Of a stretch of DNA of 64,000 bases, positions 38,835 through 54,640 are shown one piece after another. The position numbers and the translations under genes were made by a program. Source of the DNA: Octopus vulgaris (Eukaryota); the NCBI GenBank assembly GCA_951406725.2, contig OX597826.1, forward strand, positions 40,672,001 through 40,736,000, written 5' to 3'. The notes under the pieces are model-generated. The model saw only the letters and a list, made by a program, of their open reading frames with translations. It did not search any database and was not told the DNA's origin. How positions within the stretch are numbered: the first letter of the stretch is position 1; each line of letters starts with the position of its first letter.

Positions 38835-39319
38835 TTACATTTATATATATATATACATACACACTCATACACACGCACACACTCATACACAGAGATAGTT
38901 TAAAGTAGTGAACCACAACAAATATCAGTGATGAGGAACATTCTTCCACTGTCTAACCTATATTTCTCCTATGACAGTAGACACAACTTAAAGAGTCTTA
39001 GCTTCATACGATGCTCCAATAGCAGGGATATCCCAGAAACAGCTGTCAGAGACTATCTTTACTACTAATTGTTATCATTCGTTATGTATCTAAATTTTTA
39101 GGTTGAATTTTTAGGTTGAATAATTCTCTGCTTTTCCTCACTACTTTAACCAAGACATACTGACTCAAAGGGAAGCCACCATTAGCCGCTTTTTGAAAAA
39201 GACAATCACACAGCTACAACTTCAACCGCTGTTCTAACTGAAATTTTGGTGGCACACCTATTTGAGCACTCAGAATGCATACCTAATAATTTGATTCATC
39301 CTGACGTATACACCTCATA

Positions 39320-39403
<84 letters not shown>

Positions 39404-39404
39404 G

Positions 39405-39444
<40 letters not shown>

Positions 39445-40109
39445 TACATACATATATATAAATCTCATTTGTACATAAGCATATACTCTATATACTTAAT
39501 GTATGTATGGGTGCATATATGTAGATAGGTTAATATGCAGATAGGTATTTATGCATGTGTGTGTGTGTTTGTGTATGTATATTGTGTGTGTATGTATATT
39601 TATGTCCAAATATTTATAAAGCTATAAGCGTGCTGTGCCTGTGTGTACATATGTATATGTGATTCAACTATATGTATGTTTATACTTGTATATTGTATAG
39701 CATCATGAGGAAGTATGTCATGAATTTGTGTATATAATAATGAGGTGAAATAAATCTCCGGTATGTTGATGATATATTACACGCAGTCTCTTGTTCAACT
39801 GTATTGTAAACAGATTAACAAATGGTTTAAAATGATGTTATGTATCACGCACACATACACACGGAGATACACACATACACACACAGATACACAAACATAC
39901 ACATGCATACACACAAGCAACCAAACACACCAGTGCACACTGACACATGTACACACATAAAGACATACACATGCACTAATACATACGCAGTTTACACAAC
40001 TATAAGCAAACAGAATTAAATTGATGATTAGCCCAAATATATGTGTGTGTATGTATGTATGTATGTATTATGTATATATGTATGTGTGTATATATATATA
40101 TATTTATAC

Positions 40110-40200
<91 letters not shown>

Positions 40201-40965
40201 TATATATGGTGTGAGGGATTTGTGGAAAGGTAGCTATGCATATATGCATATATCTGTTTGTTTCTGTGCATGTATGTATGTGTGTGTCTGTGTGTGTCTG
40301 TGTCTGTGCTTGTGCCTGCATGTCTGTGTCTGTGTATGTGTATGTATGTTTGAATTGTTATACAAATAAGCGAAATGGCGAATAAAAAAATCAAGCTACC
40401 TTTTGACAATCCACCTGACGAGATACATCTGCATCTATGACGCATCACAATTATTTGCACAGCATCTCACCGGCGAGGTGTCGATGCCTGATTGGTCGCA
40501 ATGATTGTAGAGAATAAAGGGTCTCATGAATTTCATTTTCTTTCTCTCATATCTTTTATAAACTCTGCGGACACCAAGAAATTCCTGAATCAAATCTAGT
40601 AGGATGTACCTCAACACTGTATATAACACCAGCTACTTTGAGTATTCAGAATGCATATCTATTAGTGTCAACGCACGAAACTCTCGGACCTTGAGTCACT
40701 TTGTTACTTCTGCTAAATATTAATAAATATATACATACACTCATATTTCGAGTTCAATTTTTCCTGTTTACATTAACATACCTATATATGTATATATCAG
40801 TATGTATGTGTGTGTGTGTGTGTGTGTAATATATGTATGCATGTATGTATGTATGTATGTATGTATGTATGTATGTATATATATACATATATATGTACAC
40901 ACACACACTCACATGCACACACACACTCACACACTCACACACACACACATGCACACACACACACA

Positions 40966-41033
<68 letters not shown>

Positions 41034-41037
<4 letters not shown>

Positions 41038-41621
41038 GTCGTCAAGTATGAAATTTGGAGTAAGGTATATGGTAAATTTTGACAGCTGCTCATTTTGCGC
41101 CAATATTATATTTTGACAATATTTTTTGTTAGAAAGCTGATACAACTATTTCTTTATTCTAACTCATTTTGCAATTTATAAAGTATTTATAAATCGTCTT
41201 TTGCTATTTTTGTTTAGATATGGATAAGTCAGAAATTCGTACAGTTTTGATATATGAGTTCTTTCTTGGAAATACAGTATCACAGACAACTCGGAATATT
41301 AATGGAGTATTTCATTCTAATGTTATTACACAGCAGACAGTATCAAATTGGTTTGCAAAATTTCGTTCTGGTAACTTTGACCTCACAAATCAGCAACGCG
41401 GTCAACCAGAAATAAAGGTGGATAAAGACGAACTAAAAGCCACCATCGAGTCACATCTATCTCAAAGTGCCCGTGAATTATCGTTATTGTTTATTGTTAG
41501 CAAGCAAACAATAATGACTCACCTAGTTCAAATCGGTAAAGTGAAAAATTTGGATAAGTGGGTTCCACATGAACTCAATGAAAATCGGAAACAGCAACAT
41601 TTGGAAATATCATCACGGTAA
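41034..41621 (+). mobile_element. Mariner (DD34D class) 5' half: left TIR plus transposase N-terminus
   Basis: TA|TTAGGTCG TIR start; ORF 41220-41621 has the mariner HTH region (WFAKFRSGNFDL) and the WVPHEL motif, truncated before the catalytic domain. Confidence 0.92.
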
Positions 41622-41796
41622 TAACTACCGATGAGACATAATGTTGTAGCTAGGACACTCTATAATGAAATCTGGCGGAAGAATAACCCCAAGGACAAAC
41701 AAATAAGAACCCACAGGATGGTAGTAGCCATAGCCACATATAATAAAAAGGAGTATTGGTGGAATGACCCAGTGTAAACCAGAATAGAATGTAAAC

Positions 41797-42183
41797 GGCG
41801 GAGGCGCAATGGCCCAGTGGTTAGGGCAAAGGACTCGCGGTCGTAGGATCGCGGTTTCGATTCCCAGACCGGGCGTTGTGAGTGTTTATTGAGCGAAAAC
41901 ACCTAAAGCTCCACGAGGCTCCGGCAGGGATGGTGGTGATCCCTGCTGTACTCTTTCACCACAACTTTCCCTCACTCTTACTTCCTGTTTCTGTTGTACC
42001 TGTATTTCAAAGGGCCGGCCTTGTCACTCTCTGTATCTCGCTGAATATCCCCGAGAACTACGTTAAGGGTACACGTGTCTGTGGAGTGCTCAGCCACTTA
42101 CACGTTAATTTCACGAGCAGGCTGTTCCGTTGATCGGATCAACCGGAACCCTCGTCGTCGTAACCGACGGAGTGCTTCCATCC
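41797..42183 (+). mobile_element. SINE family C, tail type 1, full length
   Basis: Near-identical to 21112-21493; TSD agaatgtaaac at 41786-41796 and 42184-42194. Confidence 0.92.
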
Positions 42184-42575
42184 AGAATGTAAACATAATA
42201 TACTTGATTTGGGATAGAGAAGAGAAACTGCGTACAGTTGTGGAAATTATCTGCCCAGCATTTGTTAACATAAACATGAAGATCAATGAAAAAGAGAATA
42301 TCTACGCTGAACTATTGAGAAATCTGAAGTTATTTAATCTGAAGTTATTTTATGTGTGTGTGTGTATGTGTATGTGTGTGTGTATGCGTGTGTGTGTGTG
42401 TGTATTTATATACGTTTATAAAAATACACTCAAACACAAATATAATATTACTAATAAAAAACTTTCAAATTCTGGCACAGTCCAGCAACTTAAGTTGGAA
42501 ACGGAACGAGTGGATTACAGCGTCCTCAGTATTTCACTGGTACTTATTTTAGCGACCCCGAAAGGGTAAAAGGCA

Positions 42576-42576
<1 letters not shown>

Positions 42577-42612
<36 letters not shown>

Positions 42613-42619
42613 TAAATTA

Positions 42620-42701
<82 letters not shown>

Positions 42702-42713
42702 CATTATTATTAC

Positions 42714-42773
<60 letters not shown>

Positions 42774-42851
42774 TATTATTATTATTATTATTATTATCAT
42801 TATTATTACTATTATTATTATTATTATTATTATTATTATCATTATTATTAC

Positions 42852-42915
<64 letters not shown>

Positions 42916-42950
42916 TTTATTTTTATTACTATTATCATTATTATTATTAT
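42577..42950. repeat. (TAA)n/(ATT)n tract
   Basis: Visible. Confidence 0.95.
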
Positions 42951-44788
<1,838 letters not shown>

Positions 44789-44794
44789 TTTCAA

Positions 44795-45070
44795 ACTTTG
44801 GTACAAGGCCAGGCGTTTTAAAGGATGGGGGATAAGTCAATGTAATCGACCTCAGTACTTGACTGATCCTCATTTCATTAATCCTGAAAGGTAGAAACAC
44901 AAAGTTGACTTCAGCGGAATCTGAGTTCAAAATCCGCTGAAGTCGTCTTTGCTATTCTTCCTTTCGGAGTCGATAAAATAAGTACCAGTTGAGCACTGGG
45001 ATCGATGTCATCGATGAGCCCACTTCCCCAAGAATTTCAGGCCTTATATGCCTATTGTAGAAAGGATTAC
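44795..45070. mobile_element. Two SINE family A 3' halves fused head-to-head
   Basis: Minus copy ~44795-44920 and plus copy ~44921-45070. Confidence 0.75.
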
Positions 45071-45336
45071 TAATGTTGCTGCTGTTATTGTTGCTTACGC
45101 TTATTGAGTACTTTGTCTTTCGTGTTTGTGCAGAGATGTAGAAACACATGACGCACACCCATACACGCATACATGTGTGCGCGAGCGTGCACGCGTGTGT
45201 GTGTATGCACACATATGTGTGTATGCACGCATGTGTGTGTGCATGTAGTGTATCCATGTACGTATACACACACACATACATACAAACACACACACACATA
45301 TATATATATACGCACACAGTCACAAACATATGTGTA

Positions 45337-45373
<37 letters not shown>

Positions 45374-45827
45374 AGCTTAGAGAAGGAGAAACGAAACGAA
45401 ACGAAGCGAATCGAATCGACGCGAGGGCGCTCAGTCATACAATAGTGTAATAAATAAAATATATGCATACATACAAACATATATGTACGTACCTACATCT
45501 ACATGTATATATACATGCATATATAAATATATATACGTGTGTACAGGACACCACAAGTATATATATATATACATATTTACATTCGTATATATATATACAC
45601 TGAATGGCGATATGATTATATGTAATTAAAGCGAATGAATTATGTACACAAGTTACATACTATAGTCAGAGGCTTGTATACATGCTATAAATTAGGAAGA
45701 TTGGCTTAGCTGTTCTAAAACAAAGCAGTTTTGAATTGCTCCCAATGTTGGATAGAGACATGCAATAATTTTAAACCTCATCTGGTGCTGAACTGTCACT
45801 TATATTTTACACAACAGACAGGCAGGC

Positions 45828-45865
<38 letters not shown>

Positions 45866-46189
45866 ACGCGTGTGTGTGTGTGCATTTGTGTGTATTCATG
45901 TGTATATATATGTTTATATATATATATACACACACACACACACATAATATAAATATATTACATATATCTACGTATGTATTTACGAATGTCCATATGTATA
46001 TATGTGCATATCTACATATGTGTATATATGTATATGCATATATATATGCATATATATATTTATATACATATATATATGTGTTTGTATGTATATATATATA
46101 TTGTGTGTGCGTATGCGTGCGCGCGTGTGTGTATATTTATATATGTGTGCGTATGTGTGTTTATTTATATATGTATGCGTCTATGTATA

Positions 46190-46890
46190 CAGGGGCTGAG
46201 CAAAATAATGGAAACACCTTAAATTTTCAAACAAATTTATTTTAATATGGAGTAGGACCGCCTTTGCCAGTAATTACAGCTTCAGTTCTACGAGGTATGG
46301 ACTTGTACAAAGTGGTAGATATCGACTCTTAGCTTGTTTTCCTAATACGCACCATAAATGTTCAATAATATTGAGATCTGAGGATTGTGGTGGCCAGATA
46401 AGATCTCCAACTTCCCTAGAATGTTCCTCGTGCCATTCAGTAACAACGTTAGCTGTGTGAATTGGTGCATTATCATCATGAAAGATTGCGCTTCCCGCCG
46501 GAAACAGTTCCGCAACCAGAGGATGAATTTGATCAAATAAAATGCTTAAATAGTCTTACCTATTAATTCTGCCATGAAGGGAAGCCATTGGACCGGCGGA
46601 TTTTCCAGATATAGCCCCACCCAGATCCTCACAGATACTCCTCCAGTTGGAAGAAGTCAGTCTGAGTCAAATGCTTCTTTTGACTATCTCCACACTTATA
46701 CTCGGCCGGTGGTCGGAAATAGGGTAAAGGATTAGTCGTCCGAGAAAATAATTCTGATTGCAGCCCTCCCGTGAAATCCGGCTCTGTGCAGCTCCCGGCG
46801 AACAATTTTTGTGGAAACTCTGTTCTGGAGGTGGCCATTAAGTTCTGCAGCAATTTTGAGAACTGTACTTTGTGATCCTTTCTAACAATT
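46190..46890 (-). mobile_element. Tc1 (DD34E) transposon relic, right TIR plus deleted transposase
   Basis: TA|CAGGGGCTGAGCAAAATAATGGAAACAC end; minus frames read IFHDDNAPIHTA...WPPQSSDLNIIEHLW and VRRELHRAGFHGRAA. Confidence 0.88.
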
Positions 46891-46895
46891 CAATA

Positions 46896-46964
<69 letters not shown>

Positions 46965-47514
46965 ATACTGAAAAATGCTTCGAAAATTCATCAAAATATA
47001 TATACATGTATATTTTTTATGTAATTAAGGCAATTTTAACTTTTTAACACAGGGGAAAAATCATTTTATTCTAAGTATTTATATGTCCGAAAATACAAAT
47101 ATAAAAATATGTTTTCATTGAATAAATATTTGTGTATTGTAGTTTAACTGAAAATATATTGATCTGCGTATTGATAAGGTATATTTGGCGTATATAATAC
47201 AACTGAAAAGGAGAGAAAGAATTAAACAAAAGATCACATGTTAGATTTTGTCTTTTGAATAGAAAAAAGTTTTGGTGTATACATATTTCTGTGTATTGCG
47301 CCGAAAAGACGTTTTATAGTAGAAGAGAATTGTCATATTTTACTGACCATGATCTGGTTTACGCTGATATTCTGGTTGCCAAATTTTGAAGTAATTTTTC
47401 CAAATTGAAAACCGTTTGTGGATAAATGAATAAGCACTTATGATTTATACATACATCTATACATGTGTGTGTGTGTGTGCGCATGCGTATGTTTGTGCAT
47501 GCATGTGTGTGTAC

Positions 47515-47715
47515 ATGATAGATCGTTAGCCACTACACACATTTTTTTCTCTCCTTATTTCTCTCCTTGTTTTTTCTGTGTCCCTTTCTGTAGAAGGGCG
47601 TAGGCTCGAAACGTAAAAGACTTTTTCTATTCCTGAGCATTATACTAATATATCTGTTTGTTTTGTACACCACCTGTCTTCGTCTTTTGTTTTTTTTCGT
47701 ATACTCTCCCTAAAT
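47515..47715 (+). mobile_element. Penelope-like pLTR remnant with variant hammerhead motif (47584-47619)
   Basis: Homologous to 62375-62560 on the minus strand; motif cttt-CTGTAGA-A-gggc-gtag-gctc-GAAA-cg-ta-aaag. Confidence 0.6.
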
Positions 47716-48216
47716 ATATACATGTAGCTAGCTAGCTAAAAATTTATGTATAGTACATACGTGGCCTGGATTTTTACCTATTCCACTCCCTCAATATATA
47801 TGTCCAAAAGGTCTATTTTTGTTGATCTCCAGTAACAAAGACCTGAAGGCTAGCTATGTTGGTTTTTATGTTTGTTTCAACTTATCAAACAAGCTTAAAC
47901 TTTGCTGTGAAGCATTTGTAGTCCGTACATTATCTGTTCCACTCCTTAGCTTTTGGATTTTTATGCGCATTCTCAGTAGCTTTAGTTCCTAAACCATGAG
48001 TTGTATGGTAACCGACAGCTAATCGAAACTGTTTCTAGTTTCGATTCGGGAAGAAGTGTGAAATTTACGATGTTTCATAAAAATGTTTTATCGTATATTG
48101 TCCACTTTTTTGTCTTCTGTACTAGCCGCATAAATGCCTGAAGCTTACTAACTTCCTACAGTTGTATCTCTGGATCATACTTACTGCTATATATACATGT
48201 GTTTGTGTGTGAGCGG

Positions 48217-48866
48217 GGATCTTTTCTGTCTGACTAATCCTGCGGAAATTTCAAAGTTTAGTGAAAATTCTAAAATTTTCGGTATTGAACGAGTTGTCAA
48301 CATTCTGAAAATCGCACGTGTTTTAATATGAAACTGAAAATAAATCAAATTCTGCTTTACGCACGACATATAACCCTTCATAACTTCTATTTTGGGGAAT
48401 TTTTCAGAAAATCTTTGCGAATTTATATTCTACACACGGGAATTCATACGATTATGCCCCTCACACACACACACAAATTGGTGGGTGCGTGATTTAAGGC
48501 CTATTTAGGTGTTATTTTTAGCACATATCACGACCAGAGTAAAGCAATAGTTGGACACAGGCAGCAGAAGACAGCATGAACGCACGTGGTTTCGCGTAGA
48601 ATATGCTTGTCAACATATACGTTCTCGCAAGCAAAAGAGTGCTCATGTTTGGCATGTTACCATGGAAACAGGCATGAATGTGACTAAAATTGGCTAAAAT
48701 TACCCAGAATTTAACAACTTTAAAAGCTATGAACTCTTTATTTATTGATTTATGGCAAAAATGAATTACATATCAATGATTAGCATACAAAACTATGTCA
48801 GTACACCAAATATGAAATCAATTGGAACAGAAATTGAAGAAAGTGGCAGCCAAAGAGAAAATATCT
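48217..48866. mobile_element. Possible old TIR DNA element
   Basis: Imperfect inverted ends gatcttttctgtctgact and agccaaagagaaaatatc; no clear TSD. Confidence 0.3.
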
Positions 48867-49631
48867 TACATGTGTGTGTGTTTGTGTGAGTGCGTGTATG
48901 TGTCTGTGTGCGTGTGCGTATGTGTGTGTATATATGTATGTATGAATGTATGCATGTATGTGTGCGTGTATGTACGTATGCACTACCTTCCTGGAAATGG
49001 CAAAATCAATAGATCGTTGCACGACAGACAATACGTCGTGTTATTTGTTTCCATTCTTTTATTCCTCCGTTGACTTAGCCTTTTGCCCATCTTTCCGAGA
49101 TTGATCACCAGGGGCGGGGCAGGCAGCTAAAACCGTTGAAGGTGAAGCTCCAGTACGGTCGCAGTCAAGAAAAAAATCAAATCAAGAGAACATGTCTATC
49201 GTTGCCTTCCATCCGCCATCTTTAATTTTTTTTGTTTGTTTTTGTTATCAATGTAATTAAGGTTAGACATCAATTTCTCGTGATCACATCATTAGGTCAG
49301 CCAGCGTAACAAGGGAAGTAACGGGGGAGTGCAGCAGTGAAAGATAGCAGCAATGAGCGTAGATTTAATGGCACATACGTCACGGGTCAATGAATTTCGC
49401 TTTCTGGCCGGATGTTGGGCTGGATTTGGTTCATTGCATACGATAGCTGACACGTGTCATTGATCTTAAGTCACTGCCAATCAGGACGATGATGGCGATG
49501 ATGATGAAAATGGTAGTGGTGCTGGTGGTGGTGCTGATGATGGCGGTGCTGGCGGTGGTGCTGGGGGTGGTGATGGTGTTCGTAATGGAAATGGTGATGA
49601 TGACGGTGATGGTGGTGGTGGTGGTGGTGGT

Positions 49632-49671
<40 letters not shown>

Positions 49672-50089
49672 ATGAGGATTATGGTGATGATGATGATGCT
49701 ACTGCTAATTTTACTACTGTTGGTGTTTTTGTTTTTGTTTTCTTATGTTCTTTTTTTGCTATTACAACTGACACTTTTACTACTGTACTAGACAGAAGGT
49801 GGCGTAGTTGGGGAGTTGCATGCAATATCCGGTGTCCATGATCTGTGTGTGTTGCACACCCTCCCCCATACATACACCACTACATACAACTACGTGCTGT
49901 AAGTTTTATTCAAGAAAAACTGGAGAAAAGTTGGTAAGGCGGAGATGAGATGACGGGCTGCAGAACAACAACAACAACAATAATAACTTGAGTATGTCAA
50001 ACGAAAAACAGGTTGTTCACGGTCGGAGCGTCTTTGGTCATAGCAATTGCTACTGCACGATGACAACTGATTTAGAGTTAAACAACAAA

Positions 50090-50092
50090 TAT

Positions 50093-50148
<56 letters not shown>

Positions 50149-50261
50149 TACCACCACTACTATTTCTACTACCAACAACACTAGTAGTAGTAGTAGTAGT
50201 AGTAGTAGTAAGCAGCAGCAGTAGTACCAGCAACACCAGCAGAAGCAGCAGAAGCGGCAGA

Positions 50262-50332
<71 letters not shown>

Positions 50333-50333
50333 A

Positions 50334-50407
<74 letters not shown>

Positions 50408-50408
50408 A
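50090..50408. repeat. (TAC)n facing (GTA)n/(GCA)n
   Basis: Visible; the two orientations are mutually complementary. Confidence 0.9.
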
Positions 50409-50668
50409 AATAAAAGTCAAAAGAGTCCTGAAACTAAACTTTATCGTACAAAAGTGGGAAGGAGCATTAAATACTGTAGTCCGAAGTTGGACTTTGTCTG
50501 AGAAAGTTATGATGGTCATTGCTGGAACGTCTTTTTATCATAATGTCTTCTCTGTCCATGTTAACCAGAGATTTCAAAACGCATTCCCGTAAGAAAAGCG
50601 TCTGTAAACGATCAAACCTATTTAGCTATTTGTCTTTCTCTCGCTCCTCCTCTCTCTCTCTGTTTCTT

Positions 50669-50771
<103 letters not shown>

Positions 50772-50799
50772 ATATATATATGTGTATGTGTGTGTGTGT

Positions 50800-50839
<40 letters not shown>

Positions 50840-51041
50840 TTACATACACACACATATATTTTCATCGTTCGACATTTATGTAATATATATATATATATAT
50901 ATGCATACATATATATATATATATTATTATATATATATATATATATGCAGACGTATATAAACACATACATTATATTACATACATACACACACACATACGC
51001 GAGGACGTTCGACATTTATGTATATATATATAGAGAGAGAG

Positions 51042-51110
<69 letters not shown>

Positions 51111-51177
51111 TGTATATATATATATATGCATACATATATATATATATATATATGCAGATGTATATATACATGCATAC

Positions 51178-51243
<66 letters not shown>

Positions 51244-51913
51244 GTATGTATGTATGTATGCATACATAGTATATATACATATATATATATTATGTACATA
51301 CATATACATTCACCTATTGATATATATTATATATATTGTATACATACATATTTGCACATTATACTTACACATCCATTCTTGGCATATAAACACCAATTTA
51401 TACACTCCTCCTCCTCCTTCGTCATTTTCTATCTCCTTTCCCTACTTGGACACGCCTACCCATTAATTACATTCCATCTTACTAGGCTTTCCTTCCTCCT
51501 TTTCTCTCTCTCCATCTTTGTCTTTTTCTCTCAAGTACAGACACGCCCACTCATACACAGCGGAGGAAACGTTCTCCCTCTTTGTAATATATATTCCTCT
51601 CCCTCTATCTGCTTCTGTCTTATACAATGACCGCCTTATATGCATTACACGAAACACACATATACCAACTCATCTTACGCACATGTGCGCGCGCGTAATA
51701 CACACACACACGCACACATTTTCTTTTTCTCCATTCCCCCCTCTCTCGCTCTCTCTCTTTCTCTCGCTCTCTCTCTCTTTCTCTCTCGCTCTCTCTCTCT
51801 CTCTTTCTCAATTTTGTGCAGACACATCCAAACCTAGATACATATCTATTACATTTACCCCCCCCTCTCTTGTAGATCCACCTACACGCAGTTATTACAC
51901 ATCCGATAACCAT

Positions 51914-51945
<32 letters not shown>

Positions 51946-51951
51946 CATCTC

Positions 51952-52002
<51 letters not shown>

Positions 52003-52242
52003 CTATATATATGTATATATATAGACACACACACCAATCTCTCTCTCTGCCCCTCTCTCTATCTCTATCTCCTTTTCTCCCTACCTGTTCCTCTCTGTGT
52101 ACACGTAGAAATTCACACAATTACACACTGATCAGCAGACACACCACACACACATGTATACACACACATACACGCACGCACACACACACACACACACACA
52201 CATTCACACACACACTCACACACACACACACACTCTCTCACA

Positions 52243-52304
<62 letters not shown>

Positions 52305-52772
52305 CAACACGCACACACACACTCACACACATGTCTATCCCATATGGAAGCAGATTATGTTACAGTTGTCGTCTGCTGCTAACAATCCCTGACACTGTGT
52401 CGTCCGTTTGTTACAGTTCAACTGACGTAGATGTCGTCTGTCACAAGCCGCCGCCTTCCTTTTAGCTGACATTACTTTTCACCGCACACAACAGTCCGAC
52501 TGTTGCGATGGCTTCACGTCCAGTCAGGAAAAGAAATTTAACTGAAATTCAATAAAATTTAAAATATAATATACACCGAATACATTTTTAACTTTGAAAA
52601 TTAATGGATCACGATATTTAAAAAATATTTAATTCTTTACAGCATGCATAAAATTTTCATTTATTTTATTTTGACAAAGAATACAAGTTAATTACATCAT
52701 CAGCCCCTGATGCCAGGGACTGGAAGTCATTAGTACCAAAGGACAAATCGCAATTGCATAAGAACCAGTGTG

Positions 52773-53207
52773 GGATCTTTTCGGTTTGAACGGCAGTTTT
52801 TTCTAGCGGTGTCATATGAAATTGTCACCCATAATTATGACCCTAGTATCGATCTATTGCATTTCAATCTGTTTTAGGGTTAGGGTTAGTTAGGGTTAGG
52901 GTTAGGTTTAGGGGCGGGGGAAAGGGTATCTTTTTTTCTTCACAAACGTAAATAAACCCAATCTGTTTCTTAAACGGGAGACATACGGCACAGAATGTTT
53001 TTTTACCTCAATAGACGTCAGTGATTGGTTGAAATTGCAGAAATTGAAGAAAAAAAACAACAAATATCTTACAAACTATAGAATTTTCTCAATAAAGCCA
53101 AGAGAAAAAGATGATTTATAAACACATTCTACCAGGTATACGAAGTTTAAAATTTTTTAGTTACCTAGAAATTATGTTAAAAACTGCCGTTCAAACCGAA
53201 AAGATCC
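52773..53207. mobile_element. Merlin-like MITE with internal TTAGGG-type repeats
   Basis: Perfect TIR GGATCTTTTCGGTTTGAACGGCAGTTTTT / AAAAACTGCCGTTCAAACCGAAAAGATCC; 8-bp TSD ccagtgtg at 52765-52772 and 53208-53215; GG...CC termini. Confidence 0.85.
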
Positions 53208-53588
53208 CCAGTGTGGGATCGCATTGGTACTGGGAAAACTAATGAATTCAATTTGTAGCTTTTAGTGATAAATTAGTGAATCATATCGACACTTTGTCGA
53301 TCTTTGTATATCGAATGGATTAGTTCACCTTGAATAGCACATCGATTTATACAAACAAGTCTTACAGTCATTCAAAAATGGTCACTCGACTGATTGCTTT
53401 TAAATTCCTATCAGATCAACCCAGTCTTTTACCTGGTAACGCGTTGGCTCCGTTGTCTTTTCTCTTGCTTCTATAACGGCCTCTGTTCTTCGGATCTAGT
53501 TGGTCATGCACCTTCTCTTTTTATCCATGTTGTGTCGACCACTACCCCCATCCCATCTCTAGAGCTCGCACTAAATACTATACTATAC

Positions 53589-53820
53589 CTATTTCTTTAT
53601 TACCCACAAGAGGCTAAACACAGAGGAGACAAACTAGGACAGACATAGGTATTAAGTCGATTACATCGACTCCAGTGCGTAACTGGTACTTAATTTATCG
53701 ACCCCGAAAGGATGAAAGGCAAAGTCGACCTCGGCGGAATTTGAACTCAAAACGTAACGACAGACGAAATACGGCTACGCATTTCGCCCGGCGTGCTAAC
53801 GTTTCTGCCAGCTCGCCGCC
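53589..53820 (-). mobile_element. SINE family A, full length
   Basis: Reverse complement of the 11617 family. Confidence 0.92.
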
Positions 53821-54164
53821 CTCTATACTATACTATACTATACTATACTATACTATACTATACTATACTATACTATACTATACTATACTATACCCATTCC
53901 TTTCTCCCCGGAACATTGTCCCTCTGGTATTCCTTCCTTGTCTATAGCATTCCTGCAGCTTTTCATTTATCTGCCACAGTTAAACTTAGAATTAGCGGCA
54001 TTATACTCACACTGCTCAGAGGACATGCAAGGGCCAGGGGCTGTGTTCCTTCTTCCATACCAAGTAAAACAAAAAGCACACAAAAAGAAACAAATACATA
54101 ATGTATTGCGTGCGCGCGTATGGAGTGTGTGTGTGTGTGTGCGCGCGCGTGTTTGCATTGTTTC

Positions 54165-54532
54165 AGTATATTCAACTGCGGCCAAACTGGGGCACCTCCT
54201 TGAAGGATATTCGTTGAACACTCTCCTTTCCTAGTTCTTATTTTTGAAAGCCATATATTTATTCTATCAGTCTTTTGCTGAACTTAACAGGGCTATGAGT
54301 ACGCCAACAAACCAACGCCGGTTGTGAAGTGAGGAAATAACAAAACCACAAAATCACGCGCACACCCACACACAGATATACGTCGGGTTTCTTTCAGGTT
54401 CCACCAAGCAAATTCACTTACGAAGCTTTGCTCGAGCTATACTAGAAGCCACTTGCTCAAGATTCCATGCAGTGGGACCGAACCCGGAACGATGTGGATG
54501 GGAAGCAAACTTCTTACCACACAGCCACACCG
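54165..54532 (-). mobile_element. Degenerate SINE family B
   Basis: cttcttaccacacagccac head on minus strand. Confidence 0.75.
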
Positions 54533-54562
54533 GTACCTGTGTGTGTGTGTGTTTGTTTGTGT

Positions 54563-54640
<78 letters not shown>

